A DNA stretch of 64,000 bases, from positions 9,681 through 73,680 of the IMG/VR virus record IMGVR_UViG_3300017963_000257, one strand, 5' to 3'. Numbering within the stretch: position 1 is the first letter of the stretch; each line of letters begins with the position of its first letter. Made by a program: the position numbers and the translations under genes. The DNA is from a virus. Positions 30,701 to 39,643 of this stretch are shown here, one piece after another. The notes beneath the pieces were generated by a model, which saw only the letters and a program-made list of their open reading frames with translations, searched no databases and was not told the origin of the DNA.

Positions 30701-32480
30701 TGCGCTCGATGCCCTTGATAAGGCTCAGGGAGAAGAACAGACGCGAAGGGCCAGGGAGCGTGTTGAGAGGGCAATCAAGGAATGGGATAAGATCAGGGAT
30801 GCAGCTCAATCTGCAAATGAAAGTATTAGAAAAGACTCAGCCAAGACCGCAACCGCTATTTCAAGTATGTGGAACGCTTCGTCTGAGAGCGTGCAGGAGT
30901 CTGGCAAGGTCACTATGAAAATTACCAGCACCGTTGCAGACGATGCTACCAGAAAGCACAAGAAGGCTGCGAATGCTTATAAAGATGCTTGGGATGAGGC
31001 TTATGACAGGGTGAAGAAGAAGTTGGAGGAGTTTGCAAAGAAAATTGGAGAGACAGATGCGGCAGCAACCAAGAAAAAGGATTATAATATTAGCACGGAG
31101 AGTGCTCAACAAAGTGTTAAAGCAATAAAGGAACAAGTAGATGGGTTAACCGAAAGGGTGACGAAATCCCACCAGTTAAACCTCAATCCGTGGCCTTTCA
31201 TCCAAGCGGTTTCTCTTGCGATAGATTATGTTGATAGACTTATTAGACGAATTGCTGCAATACCCAGAAGTATCACTATTAAAGTGAATTACGAGGGTAC
31301 GGGCTCAACGACAAAGCCTCTCACTGAAAAGATTAAAGAGATTAACGAGGCCATGAAATCGACCCAAGACCTGGCCGGAGAAGGCGCAGAGTTCTTGGTT
31401 GACTTTCAGGGTAAGGGGTCAACCCAAAAGCCGTTGACTGAAAAGTTCAAGGACATGGCGGCGGTTATCAAGAAATATGCTAACGATTGGAAGCTCGGTG
31501 CCCAAGAGCTTGCCGCTGCATTGACCAATATGTCTGAAGCCTTTGGTGAGAAAACTGAATATATGGTTATTGAATACAGTCACAATCTTCAAAAATATCG
31601 CAAGATTTACAAGGCTATTCTTAATGAGTGGACCGGTGACATTGAACGGTGGGCACTTGTAACGGCCCAAAAAGTAGGCGTAATAAGTGATACGCTTAAT
31701 GCCTATCTAAGGCAGTCGAGGAATGCATTTTTTGGGAACAGGAGCACTGATATTTTTGTCCCTGATTGGGCTAAAGCTCAAACCGGAGGCCAGATCTCCG
31801 GCTACGGTGGCGGGGATACCGTACCAGCCATGCTGGAGCGTGGGGAGTACGTCATAAATAAGGACGCTGTCAGAGCGTATGGGACAGGCCTATTCGACTC
31901 TCTTAACTCAATGGTCGCAAGGTTTGCAAGCGGTGGTTCGGTGCAAAAGCTGGCAACTGGTGGCATAACAGGCGTTTTGCAAGGAATAAGCACACATGAA
32001 TGGAAACCTAATGGCTGGGGCATGCGGCCAAAGTCTCAAAGCGATTATGCCAAAGAATGGTGGGAGTCGTTTAAGGAGTCAACAGAGACCGCGCAAGAGA
32101 ATATTTTGGCATGGCTGATAGGTAACGCTCGCCTGTCTGGCGGACCGAAAAAAGAATACACCCTCAAAAATTATAAGAAAATGCTGGAACGGATGGAGGG
32201 GCTTGGCGTTACAGAGAAGCATCTTGAGAGTGTAATGAAGCATTGGGTGACGTATCTGGCAAAGCAAAGTCAGAATAAGTTCTTTTATTCTGGTGGAGGT
32301 CGAGTGGGACCTTCAGCCCGTAGATTTCAGTCCGGTGGACCGGTAACAGCAAGTGGCCCCACATACAACATCACGATAGCCCCACAGTTTATGACCGGAG
32401 ACAAAAACAGCATAAAACAAGCCGCAGCGGCATTGAGAAGCGAGCTTGCGAATATTGACCATCGTTACGGAGCACACTAA
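27744..32480 (+). CDS. Tape measure protein (TP901-type domain)
   Basis: 1578 aa, Ala-rich helical; TKFSTSEVAEGM...LGQAGF, RVADVMA, ASTIGTGMR, GGGDTVPAML.RGEYV. Confidence 0.92.
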   Translation: MADDSMLTLGTLFKGKIDSTFMTATRRLSTLITELNKSMAGLTKTTGITTSAMKSLGSETTSYQKVMGNAVEEQSKYRQGLARMTELFGKQGTALKLAKQATDKAEKSIQSHAAAIRNNNVLGERANVIANLYAKNADRAALANLQRFAAENKVSKSVSSVSTQTANATMATKKASTEYQGFNKQLSRIHGGLERVKAAFKVTASYGIAATAIYSVISAFKTGAQAIVDYDQSLKNLQAITGATDAEVLAMGTTIKNVARTTKFSTSEVAEGMVLLGQAGFNAGESMNAMQATADLATGTLSDMKLTTDLLTTTIRAFSLNTIESGRVADVMANAINKSKLTIDKLRISFNYIGATAAQAGLALEETAASMMVLANNGLRASTIGTGMRQVLSRLLSPNKKLREAYESHGIALDQINPKTVGYQTALKNLASILFNTETKSVNMTKAFELFGLRGAQAAAILVKGFMSGEFNSALKNVFQVGTAASMAATQAEGLGVKFKNLADRAKLVAVEFGDAGVTGIMNTFLDVLKGITIGLETFASSTIGAVIVKVTLLTSAFAALSGVFKILRSAIVSLTVVRMAVSNFELLTTGTAAFTSVLTGKLIPGVAGLTGVIGKLRAALTVLWAMIMSHPILALVAGVATLLLALNEWIGQNAKIAKQLEVQSVELGKASESIGLYAKSLAALEKGSDAYNATLQRFINAHPEATKEIMRMTGAVDLSTLSVEQLTRAMKALATSRAWDSFKKAGEAVEQFKKSLERETFMWFARWLVASAETASEFEAKLRGLNDAQMQQIQSLKQLVTLGAITLEDALKRIDTLGLEVNAAKQAKEAFKQYFEQMKLSSKDAADAVKISWEDLPSKFKELYDKLDAARRSDMVKAIAGINKKIAAHRKMCKDMGLGYADTEAQIAAIREKGYQKFVEDLDKKTKEEKKAAKERVKNEKWVWDQIHELDEKKEELDKSRRQRYMKDDKKLKDDIVEAEKELNDALDALDKAQGEEQTRRARERVERAIKEWDKIRDAAQSANESIRKDSAKTATAISSMWNASSESVQESGKVTMKITSTVADDATRKHKKAANAYKDAWDEAYDRVKKKLEEFAKKIGETDAAATKKKDYNISTESAQQSVKAIKEQVDGLTERVTKSHQLNLNPWPFIQAVSLAIDYVDRLIRRIAAIPRSITIKVNYEGTGSTTKPLTEKIKEINEAMKSTQDLAGEGAEFLVDFQGKGSTQKPLTEKFKDMAAVIKKYANDWKLGAQELAAALTNMSEAFGEKTEYMVIEYSHNLQKYRKIYKAILNEWTGDIERWALVTAQKVGVISDTLNAYLRQSRNAFFGNRSTDIFVPDWAKAQTGGQISGYGGGDTVPAMLERGEYVINKDAVRAYGTGLFDSLNSMVARFASGGSVQKLATGGITGVLQGISTHEWKPNGWGMRPKSQSDYAKEWWESFKESTETAQENILAWLIGNARLSGGPKKEYTLKNYKKMLERMEGLGVTEKHLESVMKHWVTYLAKQSQNKFFYSGGGRVGPSARRFQSGGPVTASGPTYNITIAPQFMTGDKNSIKQAAAALRSELANIDHRYGAH

Positions 32481-33220
32481 TGTCGCAAATAAAACTTTAT
32501 ACTCGGAACATTCTGGAAGATGGAACGGTAACGGTAACCGGTGACGCCGATACCGGGTACCCAGAATCAAGGCTGTACGATCGTGATATTTCATTTTTCT
32601 GGAAATACACTGCTGTTGGGGCAATCGAGATCCATGTTGACCAAGGGGCTACAACCAATGAATCCGTGGATGCATTGTTTATCCCGAAGCATAATTTTAG
32701 TGGAGAGGACATGACATGGCAGTACTCGGATGATGATGCTGGATGGACTCCCGCTGTGGCAGGATGGAACCAGGGAGACAATAACGCCATAGAGAAGCTT
32801 TTGTCTTCAGCGGTAACTGCAAGGTACTGGAAAATAACCGTGTCCTCCATGAGCAACCCTCAGTGTTCCGAGATCTTCATGAGCTACGGGTATGCTTTCA
32901 ACTTTACATTTACGAATACTCCAGTATTCGGCGGCCAACCCAATGTCGTATGGACCGAAACAGTAGGAGGGCTTGAAAGGTCAACCAAGCTGGGGAATGA
33001 GCGTCGAACCAGGGCATACACGGTATTTCTGCGAGAAGCAGAGAGTGAGTTGACCAACTGGAGGGCGGCCATGGCTGATCTCGATGAATATTCCCTCCCG
33101 TTCTATTTTAAGGATCATGAGGCCAATTATTTCATGGCACGATTACTGGAACGCCCTCCAGAGCCGTACATGACCGAAGGGCATCTTGAGGTATCTATAA
33201 GCGTTATCGAGAAGCTGTAA
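32480..33220 (+). CDS. Distal tail-like protein with carbohydrate-binding-like N-domain
   Basis: Directly after tape measure; TARYWKITV motif. Confidence 0.55.
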   Translation: MSQIKLYTRNILEDGTVTVTGDADTGYPESRLYDRDISFFWKYTAVGAIEIHVDQGATTNESVDALFIPKHNFSGEDMTWQYSDDDAGWTPAVAGWNQGDNNAIEKLLSSAVTARYWKITVSSMSNPQCSEIFMSYGYAFNFTFTNTPVFGGQPNVVWTETVGGLERSTKLGNERRTRAYTVFLREAESELTNWRAAMADLDEYSLPFYFKDHEANYFMARLLERPPEPYMTEGHLEVSISVIEKL

Positions 33221-33233
33221 GGAGGGGGAGATA

Positions 33234-33722
33234 ATGTCCACACCATTTAGTTTCGCAACATTGTTGAAAAATTCTTACCACATTGGAATGGCCAAAACCG
33301 CTGCATTGGCCGGAAGTAGTACTCAGGCAGACTATTACCCGCAGTGGCAAGGAGAAGATATAACGAACCCGAGTGATCAAGCCTATTTTTTCGCAGTAAT
33401 TGCTCCGGGACATACAGGCGTAACCTCAGAAATAGAATATTTCTTCAATGTTCTCTGGCAAGATATCGGTAACGTTGCTTCTGAACCGGATAGTTATATA
33501 TGGGAAATAAAACCTTACGGTGGTGCTTGGGCAACATTCCTTGATGTTCCAAGTCCATCATTTACCATAGCTAATACGTCTTATCATAATGGTATTTACA
33601 CAACGGCCGCGGCACTTCCTGCGCTACTTAGGCTGTCTGTTACAGCGGCAGCAGGCACAGTTGCTGCACGAATAGGTGGCGATTATATCTGTTCAGTTAA
33701 CTGTTTTGGAACGATATCATGA
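33234..33722 (+). CDS. Tail-associated hypothetical protein
   Basis: SD; tail-tip context. Confidence 0.5.
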   Translation: MSTPFSFATLLKNSYHIGMAKTAALAGSSTQADYYPQWQGEDITNPSDQAYFFAVIAPGHTGVTSEIEYFFNVLWQDIGNVASEPDSYIWEIKPYGGAWATFLDVPSPSFTIANTSYHNGIYTTAAALPALLRLSVTAAAGTVAARIGGDYICSVNCFGTIS

Positions 33723-36442
33723 AAAACCTGGTAACATCTTTCAATGAAAACGCCATTGACAGATCTCGTGTTTCGCCTATCAATCTATTTAAGGTCGAAT
33801 TGACGGGCCTGACCCTCTCTCTTTGTGACCGAGGGTGGGGAACTGGTGAGAGTTACTGCCGATATGACGCTCAGTTGTATGAACCCCTTGTCGTGTCCTG
33901 GGAAGATAACATGGGGGACATCAACCCGTCAAGCTTGATCACATCCCCTGGGAGCATGACAATTGTTCTCGACAACAATATGACCGTTGGAGGCCAAGAT
34001 AACATTGCAAAGCTGGCTACGGTCTATGACTTCTATTATGCAACCGTTACACATTCGTTGATATTCGAGGAAGCTCAAACGCCAAGGCTGCTTGCGGAGG
34101 ATGGTGGATTTATTCTTCTTGAGTCTGGAGAATATCTACTGCTTGAAAGTGGCCAGAAAAAGATTGATCTGTTCAAGGGCAGCATAGAGGAGGTTCAAAA
34201 CCTTTTATCTTCTCAAGTCACACTGACCTGCTCTGGATATGAACTACAGATTCTCAACAAGTTTTCTCACGAAATAATAGATGAAACCAACTTTCCTTAT
34301 GCGGACCCGGATGCCATTGGCAAGATGTTACCGCTGACCTGGGGTCGCGTTAGAAAAGTTCCGTTTAGGCCCATAGACGTTGGAGGGCTATCGACGTTAT
34401 CCGCAGACCTGACTGCTTCAGCCACGTCTGTCCAAATTTCAGACACAACAAAATTCTCCGATTCAGGGACGATCCTCATTGATTCAGAGGAGATCCCATA
34501 CACCAATAAGAGCGAGGGTACATTATGGGGGCTTACAAGACCGTCTGGAGCAGTAGTCCATAATAAGGGTGCCATGGTTGGAGAAGTCAAGTCAGAGTAT
34601 GTTTATGCCATAGGCAACGCAATAAACGCTTTTAAAGCTGTTTACGTTGAGAACATAAAGCAAGACGAATCGTTATATACTGTGTACACAGGGCAGTCTG
34701 GGGATGAACACGGGACGTACACCGGAAGGGCTGTAATTGCATTCAGTGAATGGCCACAGATTAAACGAGAGGTGAACCTGACCACTGCCGCAGACTATGA
34801 TATGTTCCGCGAGGCAACGAATGTTCCAATAGGAAGGGTTAAGTCGCTAGACCACAATGGCCTTATCCTGGATTATGATGATTCCACAACGATAACATTT
34901 CAGTCTGAACCTTCCGGCAACCACTCAAATATTTACGTAGAATACGAGTTTGAGTTCAGGCATTTTGGAACGGTATCTGAAAACTGGGATTTCTATCTTG
35001 ACGGCACCCTTATCGCCAGTTGGCAGGACGAAGAGTTCACGCAGTTTGTGACATCTCCATTACGAGTTGCCAAAAGCTCATGGCCTGTTTCAGCCACAAA
35101 GACCACAACCTACCGAGGGGCCGGGATGAACGGAACGGCCTTTATGGTCACGTCTGCAAAGGTGTACGCTGATTCGGACGAAGACGATTTGCATATAAGA
35201 GGATCTGGAATTACCAAAGATTCCAGCAATGTCCCGCTTGGTGCAATTACATCTGAGACTGCCGTTGGAACAGGAACAAGCTTGACATTCCCCGCGGCAC
35301 CAGATGGAAACCTGTCTGACGTTGAAATATCAATAAGTTGGGAACTGGAAACCTGGGGGGATTGGATCTTACCGGGTAACCAGGCATTCCATGTATCCAT
35401 CGATGATATCAATGTGGCTTGTATTAACGAAGACGGAACTATCACGGCCCTCATGCCGTCCACCTTCACGGTTCTCAAAAGTTCATGGCAGACATCCATT
35501 ACGAAAACAGCGTCAATACTTGATTCCTTTAGGCAGGGATTCGCCCTTACTATAACGTCGGCTACACAGTCCTGCCATACGGACGATTACTCAGAGGTTG
35601 TTAATCTATCCGGGAACTCCATGGCTGATTCTATCATTGGAGGAGAGGTTTCCGCAGACCTTTATGGGTATCAGGATGATTCAGACGGTACCTATACGGG
35701 CACACCGGATCAGCTTATTGAAAGACCCAACAGAATCCTAAAGCATCTTCTCATGGAACATTGTTCCTCCACGTCTGGAGAGATCCATTCACCTTCGCAT
35801 GGTGCTGTAGAAGCGTTCTTCGAGCAGCAGGATTATAAGTTGGGGGTAGTCATAACAGAAAGGCCAAATGTCCCAGACGTTATATCGGAGATTGCGTTTG
35901 AATCAAAATGTATCCAGTTCTGGGAGGCTGGAGAACATCATCTCGTTCATGTGCCATCGGGTGAAATACCAATAGATAAAACATTGACCAAGCAGCATGT
36001 TGACAAGGATAGCCCAAGCATTGAGTTTACCCCGAGGATTGATCTACTGAATACATTTAACGCCAAGTATGATCTTGATTGGGCGAACAATGAGTTCTTA
36101 ACATCTGTTGTCGATTTAGACGAAATAAGCGTTGGTAAATATGGGACCCTCGAAAAAAATGTTGCAGAGTATCCTTATGTCAGTGGACAGAATATGGCAA
36201 CGGATATTTTGAGATGGCAGAAAGATTGTTGTTCCGAGGTTAGACTGATTGCTGAATTTCAAGGAGGATATCCCCTTTCCGAGCTTGAGCGCGGTGATGT
36301 AATCGCTTTCGATGTTGACAATTATCCAGAGCTTGATACTGCTTTGGGCAAGATCGTCCCATCTACCAAAAAGTTTAGAGTTTTAGGAGTTAAGAATACG
36401 AGTACAACGAAAACTATTAAAGCGTTGGAAACGATCTCATAG
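33719..36442 (+). CDS. Tail tip/baseplate hub protein
   Basis: 907 aa; LFKGSIE, IGKMLPLTWG, ISVGKYG, LERGDVI motifs typical of hub proteins. Confidence 0.7.
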   Translation: MKNLVTSFNENAIDRSRVSPINLFKVELTGLTLSLCDRGWGTGESYCRYDAQLYEPLVVSWEDNMGDINPSSLITSPGSMTIVLDNNMTVGGQDNIAKLATVYDFYYATVTHSLIFEEAQTPRLLAEDGGFILLESGEYLLLESGQKKIDLFKGSIEEVQNLLSSQVTLTCSGYELQILNKFSHEIIDETNFPYADPDAIGKMLPLTWGRVRKVPFRPIDVGGLSTLSADLTASATSVQISDTTKFSDSGTILIDSEEIPYTNKSEGTLWGLTRPSGAVVHNKGAMVGEVKSEYVYAIGNAINAFKAVYVENIKQDESLYTVYTGQSGDEHGTYTGRAVIAFSEWPQIKREVNLTTAADYDMFREATNVPIGRVKSLDHNGLILDYDDSTTITFQSEPSGNHSNIYVEYEFEFRHFGTVSENWDFYLDGTLIASWQDEEFTQFVTSPLRVAKSSWPVSATKTTTYRGAGMNGTAFMVTSAKVYADSDEDDLHIRGSGITKDSSNVPLGAITSETAVGTGTSLTFPAAPDGNLSDVEISISWELETWGDWILPGNQAFHVSIDDINVACINEDGTITALMPSTFTVLKSSWQTSITKTASILDSFRQGFALTITSATQSCHTDDYSEVVNLSGNSMADSIIGGEVSADLYGYQDDSDGTYTGTPDQLIERPNRILKHLLMEHCSSTSGEIHSPSHGAVEAFFEQQDYKLGVVITERPNVPDVISEIAFESKCIQFWEAGEHHLVHVPSGEIPIDKTLTKQHVDKDSPSIEFTPRIDLLNTFNAKYDLDWANNEFLTSVVDLDEISVGKYGTLEKNVAEYPYVSGQNMATDILRWQKDCCSEVRLIAEFQGGYPLSELERGDVIAFDVDNYPELDTALGKIVPSTKKFRVLGVKNTSTTKTIKALETIS

Positions 36443-36452
36443 GAGGTAAAAC

Positions 36453-37766
36453 ATGAAAAAGGTATCCTTTCTTTCAATCTTTTGGATGATTGCTTTCGTA
36501 GGGTGTGCATATGCAGACTCCACTATCAGCAATCTGGATGAACTGACCGCAGCAGATTCCGCAGACGAAATGATTATCGTTGATGATTCCGCTGGAGCCA
36601 CAAAAAAGATCACCAAGGCAAACTTGTTTGCATCTCCAGATCCTATAGGGAGCACTACGCCAAGCACTGGAGCTTTTACGACAGTCGGTATCGGGACAAC
36701 GACCGTCCCTCACGGTGGAGTAGGTGCTGCTAAGCTGGCAATTGATGGAGCCTCTCCTCAAAACATACAGATATCAACCACCACTGATGATTATCCAATA
36801 TTCCAATTTCGGGCATCTGCTCACGACGGTGCATCAATAGGCTTGGATTGTTATTTTGATGGATCATGGAAATCATCTGATGCTGGATCGAACTTTCTTC
36901 TTTTAAAGGCAAGCGATACGTTTACCACTTATTACGATTCCGGTGTAGCGCAAGGTGGGGCGGTCACATGGAACACGGGTATTTCGCTTGATACATCAGG
37001 GAAGTTAGGCATTGGAACGTCCACGGTCCCCCACGGCGGGGTAGGTGCTGCTCAAGTTGCTATTGACGGGGCAACACCATTTCTGCAAATAACAACCACA
37101 GCGGATAATTACCCGGTCTTAGGTTTTCGTCCGGCAGCCCACGATGCCGTTGGATTATTGTTTGACTGTTATCATGATGGTGCGTGGAAATCGTCTGATG
37201 CTGGATCGAACTTTCTATTACTGAAAAGTAGTGATTTGTTAACTTTCTACTATGATGCAGCAGTGGCCCAAGGGGGCGCAATAGGATGGAACACGGGAAT
37301 TACACTGAATGCATCGGGGATTGTATTTATGCCAGCCGTGGCGGTCCATGATTTAGCGGGTGACGATAACGAAACAGCCCTTTATATCGACCCTGACGAT
37401 GGGGAGATGGGGTACAATTCCTCTATCGCTGCATCAAAAATCAATATCCAAAATCTCACAGACTCAAGTTGGATTTATGCCCTAACACCCCGTAAATATA
37501 ATCGACGTGTCAAATTATCAGACGCACACTGGGACGAATCGGGCGAAGTCAGAAAGTTTGTCCCCGCAAAATACTCTAATACGGAGTTCACCCAGGCTAC
37601 CGAAATGGGTCTGATTGCAGAAGAGGTCTATGGGGTCAAACCGGAATTGACGTTCTCAGTGGACGGGAAATTGATGGGTGTGAACCTTGAAAAACTCATT
37701 GTACCCATATTGGTAGAAATGCAAAAGCTGAAGGCTGAAATCGAACAACTAAAAGCACAGAAGTAA
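36453..37766 (+). CDS. Tail fibre-like protein with signal peptide, internal duplication and C-terminal S74-type chaperone
   Basis: MKKVSFLSIFWMIAFVGCAYA; 2x GIGT.TVPHGGVGAA...SSDAGSNFLLLK; SS...K.NI, MGLIAEEV, coiled-coil end. Confidence 0.75.
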   Translation: MKKVSFLSIFWMIAFVGCAYADSTISNLDELTAADSADEMIIVDDSAGATKKITKANLFASPDPIGSTTPSTGAFTTVGIGTTTVPHGGVGAAKLAIDGASPQNIQISTTTDDYPIFQFRASAHDGASIGLDCYFDGSWKSSDAGSNFLLLKASDTFTTYYDSGVAQGGAVTWNTGISLDTSGKLGIGTSTVPHGGVGAAQVAIDGATPFLQITTTADNYPVLGFRPAAHDAVGLLFDCYHDGAWKSSDAGSNFLLLKSSDLLTFYYDAAVAQGGAIGWNTGITLNASGIVFMPAVAVHDLAGDDNETALYIDPDDGEMGYNSSIAASKINIQNLTDSSWIYALTPRKYNRRVKLSDAHWDESGEVRKFVPAKYSNTEFTQATEMGLIAEEVYGVKPELTFSVDGKLMGVNLEKLIVPILVEMQKLKAEIEQLKAQK

Positions 37767-37833
37767 AAGAGAGGTAACCACGAGGTCTTTTGTATGGACG
37801 GGGTAAAATGGCGGGGAAAAGAGGAGGTCTCTC

Positions 37834-38262
37834 ATGTCTCATATCGATCCCACACTAATTGAAGCTGGATTGGTTCTCGGAAGTTTTATAGGCGGTGCCT
37901 TGGGAGGTATTTTGGGGGGGTACAAACTGTCTGCCAGAAAAAATAATGGAAGGGTTCATGCCTCTTCAGAACTCACGCTTGTACGAAATGAGATAGAGGG
38001 ATTAAGGAAAGCCATTGAGAATATCCCGGTTATTGAAAGGTCGAAAAAAACCTCCGGTGCCTTACACATATCAGAGGAAGGCCTTCAAAAGCATGACGAT
38101 CTAAGAACCCTCTTGACCGAAAAGTATATAACAATAGACACGCATACCCTGCTTTGCGAAAGAACGGCTGCCAAGTTTGAAAAGGGCATTGCTGACGCCC
38201 TGAAAAATAATAATACGGAACTGCTCAAAATTCTAAAGGATAATGGTGTTGTCCCCCAATGA
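37834..38262 (+). CDS. Membrane protein (possible lysis gene)
   Basis: N-terminal Gly-rich TM segment; SD GAGGAGGT. Confidence 0.5.
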   Translation: MSHIDPTLIEAGLVLGSFIGGALGGILGGYKLSARKNNGRVHASSELTLVRNEIEGLRKAIENIPVIERSKKTSGALHISEEGLQKHDDLRTLLTEKYITIDTHTLLCERTAAKFEKGIADALKNNNTELLKILKDNGVVPQ

Positions 38263-38495
38263 GCACCAAGGAAATCGAACAAAAAGAGGCTGAGAACGGG
38301 ACGCTTTCCATACAGCACATCCTTCGTAACGGGCTTTATTCGATGCGCAAGACTCTGAATGACGCCAGGAAAGCCATTGATGAAACGGATCAACGGGTCG
38401 AGTGCATGATGGAAAGCCTTCAGCTACTGGTAGATGAGGAAAGGAGGCGCCGGGGAATTGGTACCGATCAAGAAGGCCAAGGAACCGAGGTCTGA
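38259..38495 (+). CDS. Hypothetical coiled-coil protein
   Basis: ATGA coupling. Confidence 0.45.
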   Translation: MSTKEIEQKEAENGTLSIQHILRNGLYSMRKTLNDARKAIDETDQRVECMMESLQLLVDEERRRRGIGTDQEGQGTEV

Positions 38496-38643
38496 ATCGG
38501 TCAAGTGCCAATGTGGTGGTACTTATCGCCAGGTGTATGCTGTATCCGGAACTCTTTATGAGTGTGATCAGTGCGGCGACCGGATCCAGACCCTGGCCGA
38601 AGTGCGAAAAGGAAAAACTCCGGATATGATTTGGTTTGGATGA
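38434..38643 (+). CDS. Zinc-ribbon hypothetical protein
   Basis: CQCGG...CDQCG. Confidence 0.4.
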   Translation: MRKGGAGELVPIKKAKEPRSESVKCQCGGTYRQVYAVSGTLYECDQCGDRIQTLAEVRKGKTPDMIWFG

Positions 38644-38748
38644 CACACGGTAACAACCCAAACTGTGCTCCCGCCAGTGAATGACGCCCACGATGACGGT
38701 GGGGGAAGGTGAGAAACGGGGAGCACAACAACGAAAGGAGAAAGAGCA

Positions 38749-38997
38749 ATGGGATTTTCATCAATGTTTAAATATTTCGGGCTTGCGATGGAAGTGGCAG
38801 AAGAGGCCGCTGAAGTGCTGGTAAAGGTTAAGGGGGTAACCGCAGATGATTCCCCTGGTGGCGAGGAAATCACGGATGAAGAGATGAAAGCTCTCGTCGA
38901 GTCTCTTGACGAAAATTTTTCGAACGTCGTGACGACGATCTGTAGGGAATGCGGGCTTCCTGTTAAATCCGTTTCCGTAAAAGTTGACATGGAATGA
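38749..38997 (+). CDS. Hypothetical protein
   Basis: SD AAGGAG; DSPGGEEITDEE. Confidence 0.55.
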   Translation: MGFSSMFKYFGLAMEVAEEAAEVLVKVKGVTADDSPGGEEITDEEMKALVESLDENFSNVVTTICRECGLPVKSVSVKVDME

Positions 38998-39008
38998 CAT
39001 GATTTGAC

Positions 39009-39194
39009 ATGGAATGGATCGCCCTAAATTGGTGGTGGATTTCGCCCATTGCAATACCAATCGTATTGGGTGGGCTGAAGTACACCGCCAAGAAAACAAA
39101 ATGGGTGTGGGATGACAAGGTAATTACCCTACTCGCTGGTGTATGGGATATGTCCAGAGGTTTGCAGCCAAGAAATATCACAGGTAAAAAATGA
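39009..39194 (+). CDS. Holin-like small membrane protein
   Basis: One TM segment then KKTKWVWDDKV motif and basic tail. Confidence 0.5.
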   Translation: MEWIALNWWWISPIAIPIVLGGLKYTAKKTKWVWDDKVITLLAGVWDMSRGLQPRNITGKK

Positions 39195-39598
39195 AGCTTC
39201 CCGAAATCAATGAAATCGTTACGACCGACCATGCCCTTGAATTGTGCCGACACTTTGGTCTGGATTACCTAGTGGACCGAATCGAGGCTGATCCAGATCA
39301 ATTCAAGAGCTGGAAATTTGACGGCTGTTCGTGCCTGCCCGATAAGGTGATGGGCCTGTTTACCGGTTGCGATTGGCGGGATATCACTTATAAGTGCTGC
39401 CTACCGCATGACCTGTGCTATGCCTATGGTGATCCGGGAAACGACGCCGAACGCGAACGGGTCGATAAGCAGTTTTGTGCCGATCTGATTGCCAAGGCAA
39501 AGATGATCCCTTGCATCGCCAATACGTTTATGATGGCTGTTCGTTATGGCGGGGCTGAAGAATTTGGCCTGTCGTTTTCCTGGGGCTTTGCAAGATAG
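39191..39598 (+). CDS. Phospholipase A2-motif protein
   Basis: FDGCS...CCLPHDLCY...RVDKQFCADL matches the sPLA2 CCxxHDxCY motif plus downstream Asp. Confidence 0.6.
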   Translation: MKLPEINEIVTTDHALELCRHFGLDYLVDRIEADPDQFKSWKFDGCSCLPDKVMGLFTGCDWRDITYKCCLPHDLCYAYGDPGNDAERERVDKQFCADLIAKAKMIPCIANTFMMAVRYGGAEEFGLSFSWGFAR

Positions 39599-39601
39599 GG
39601 C

Positions 39602-39643
39602 GCGATCTGGGGGGATCGGTCAGTCACCGAGCCCCCCTATCGC
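39602..39643. terminator. Hairpin between convergent late and RecT operons
   Basis: GCGAT..GGGGGGATCGGT-CAGTC-ACCGAGCCCCCC.ATCGC. Confidence 0.6.

Noticed and set aside
33234-37766. Diversity-generating retroelement acting on tail genes
   Set aside because: There is no reverse transcriptase in the window and the repeats do not differ specifically at adenines.
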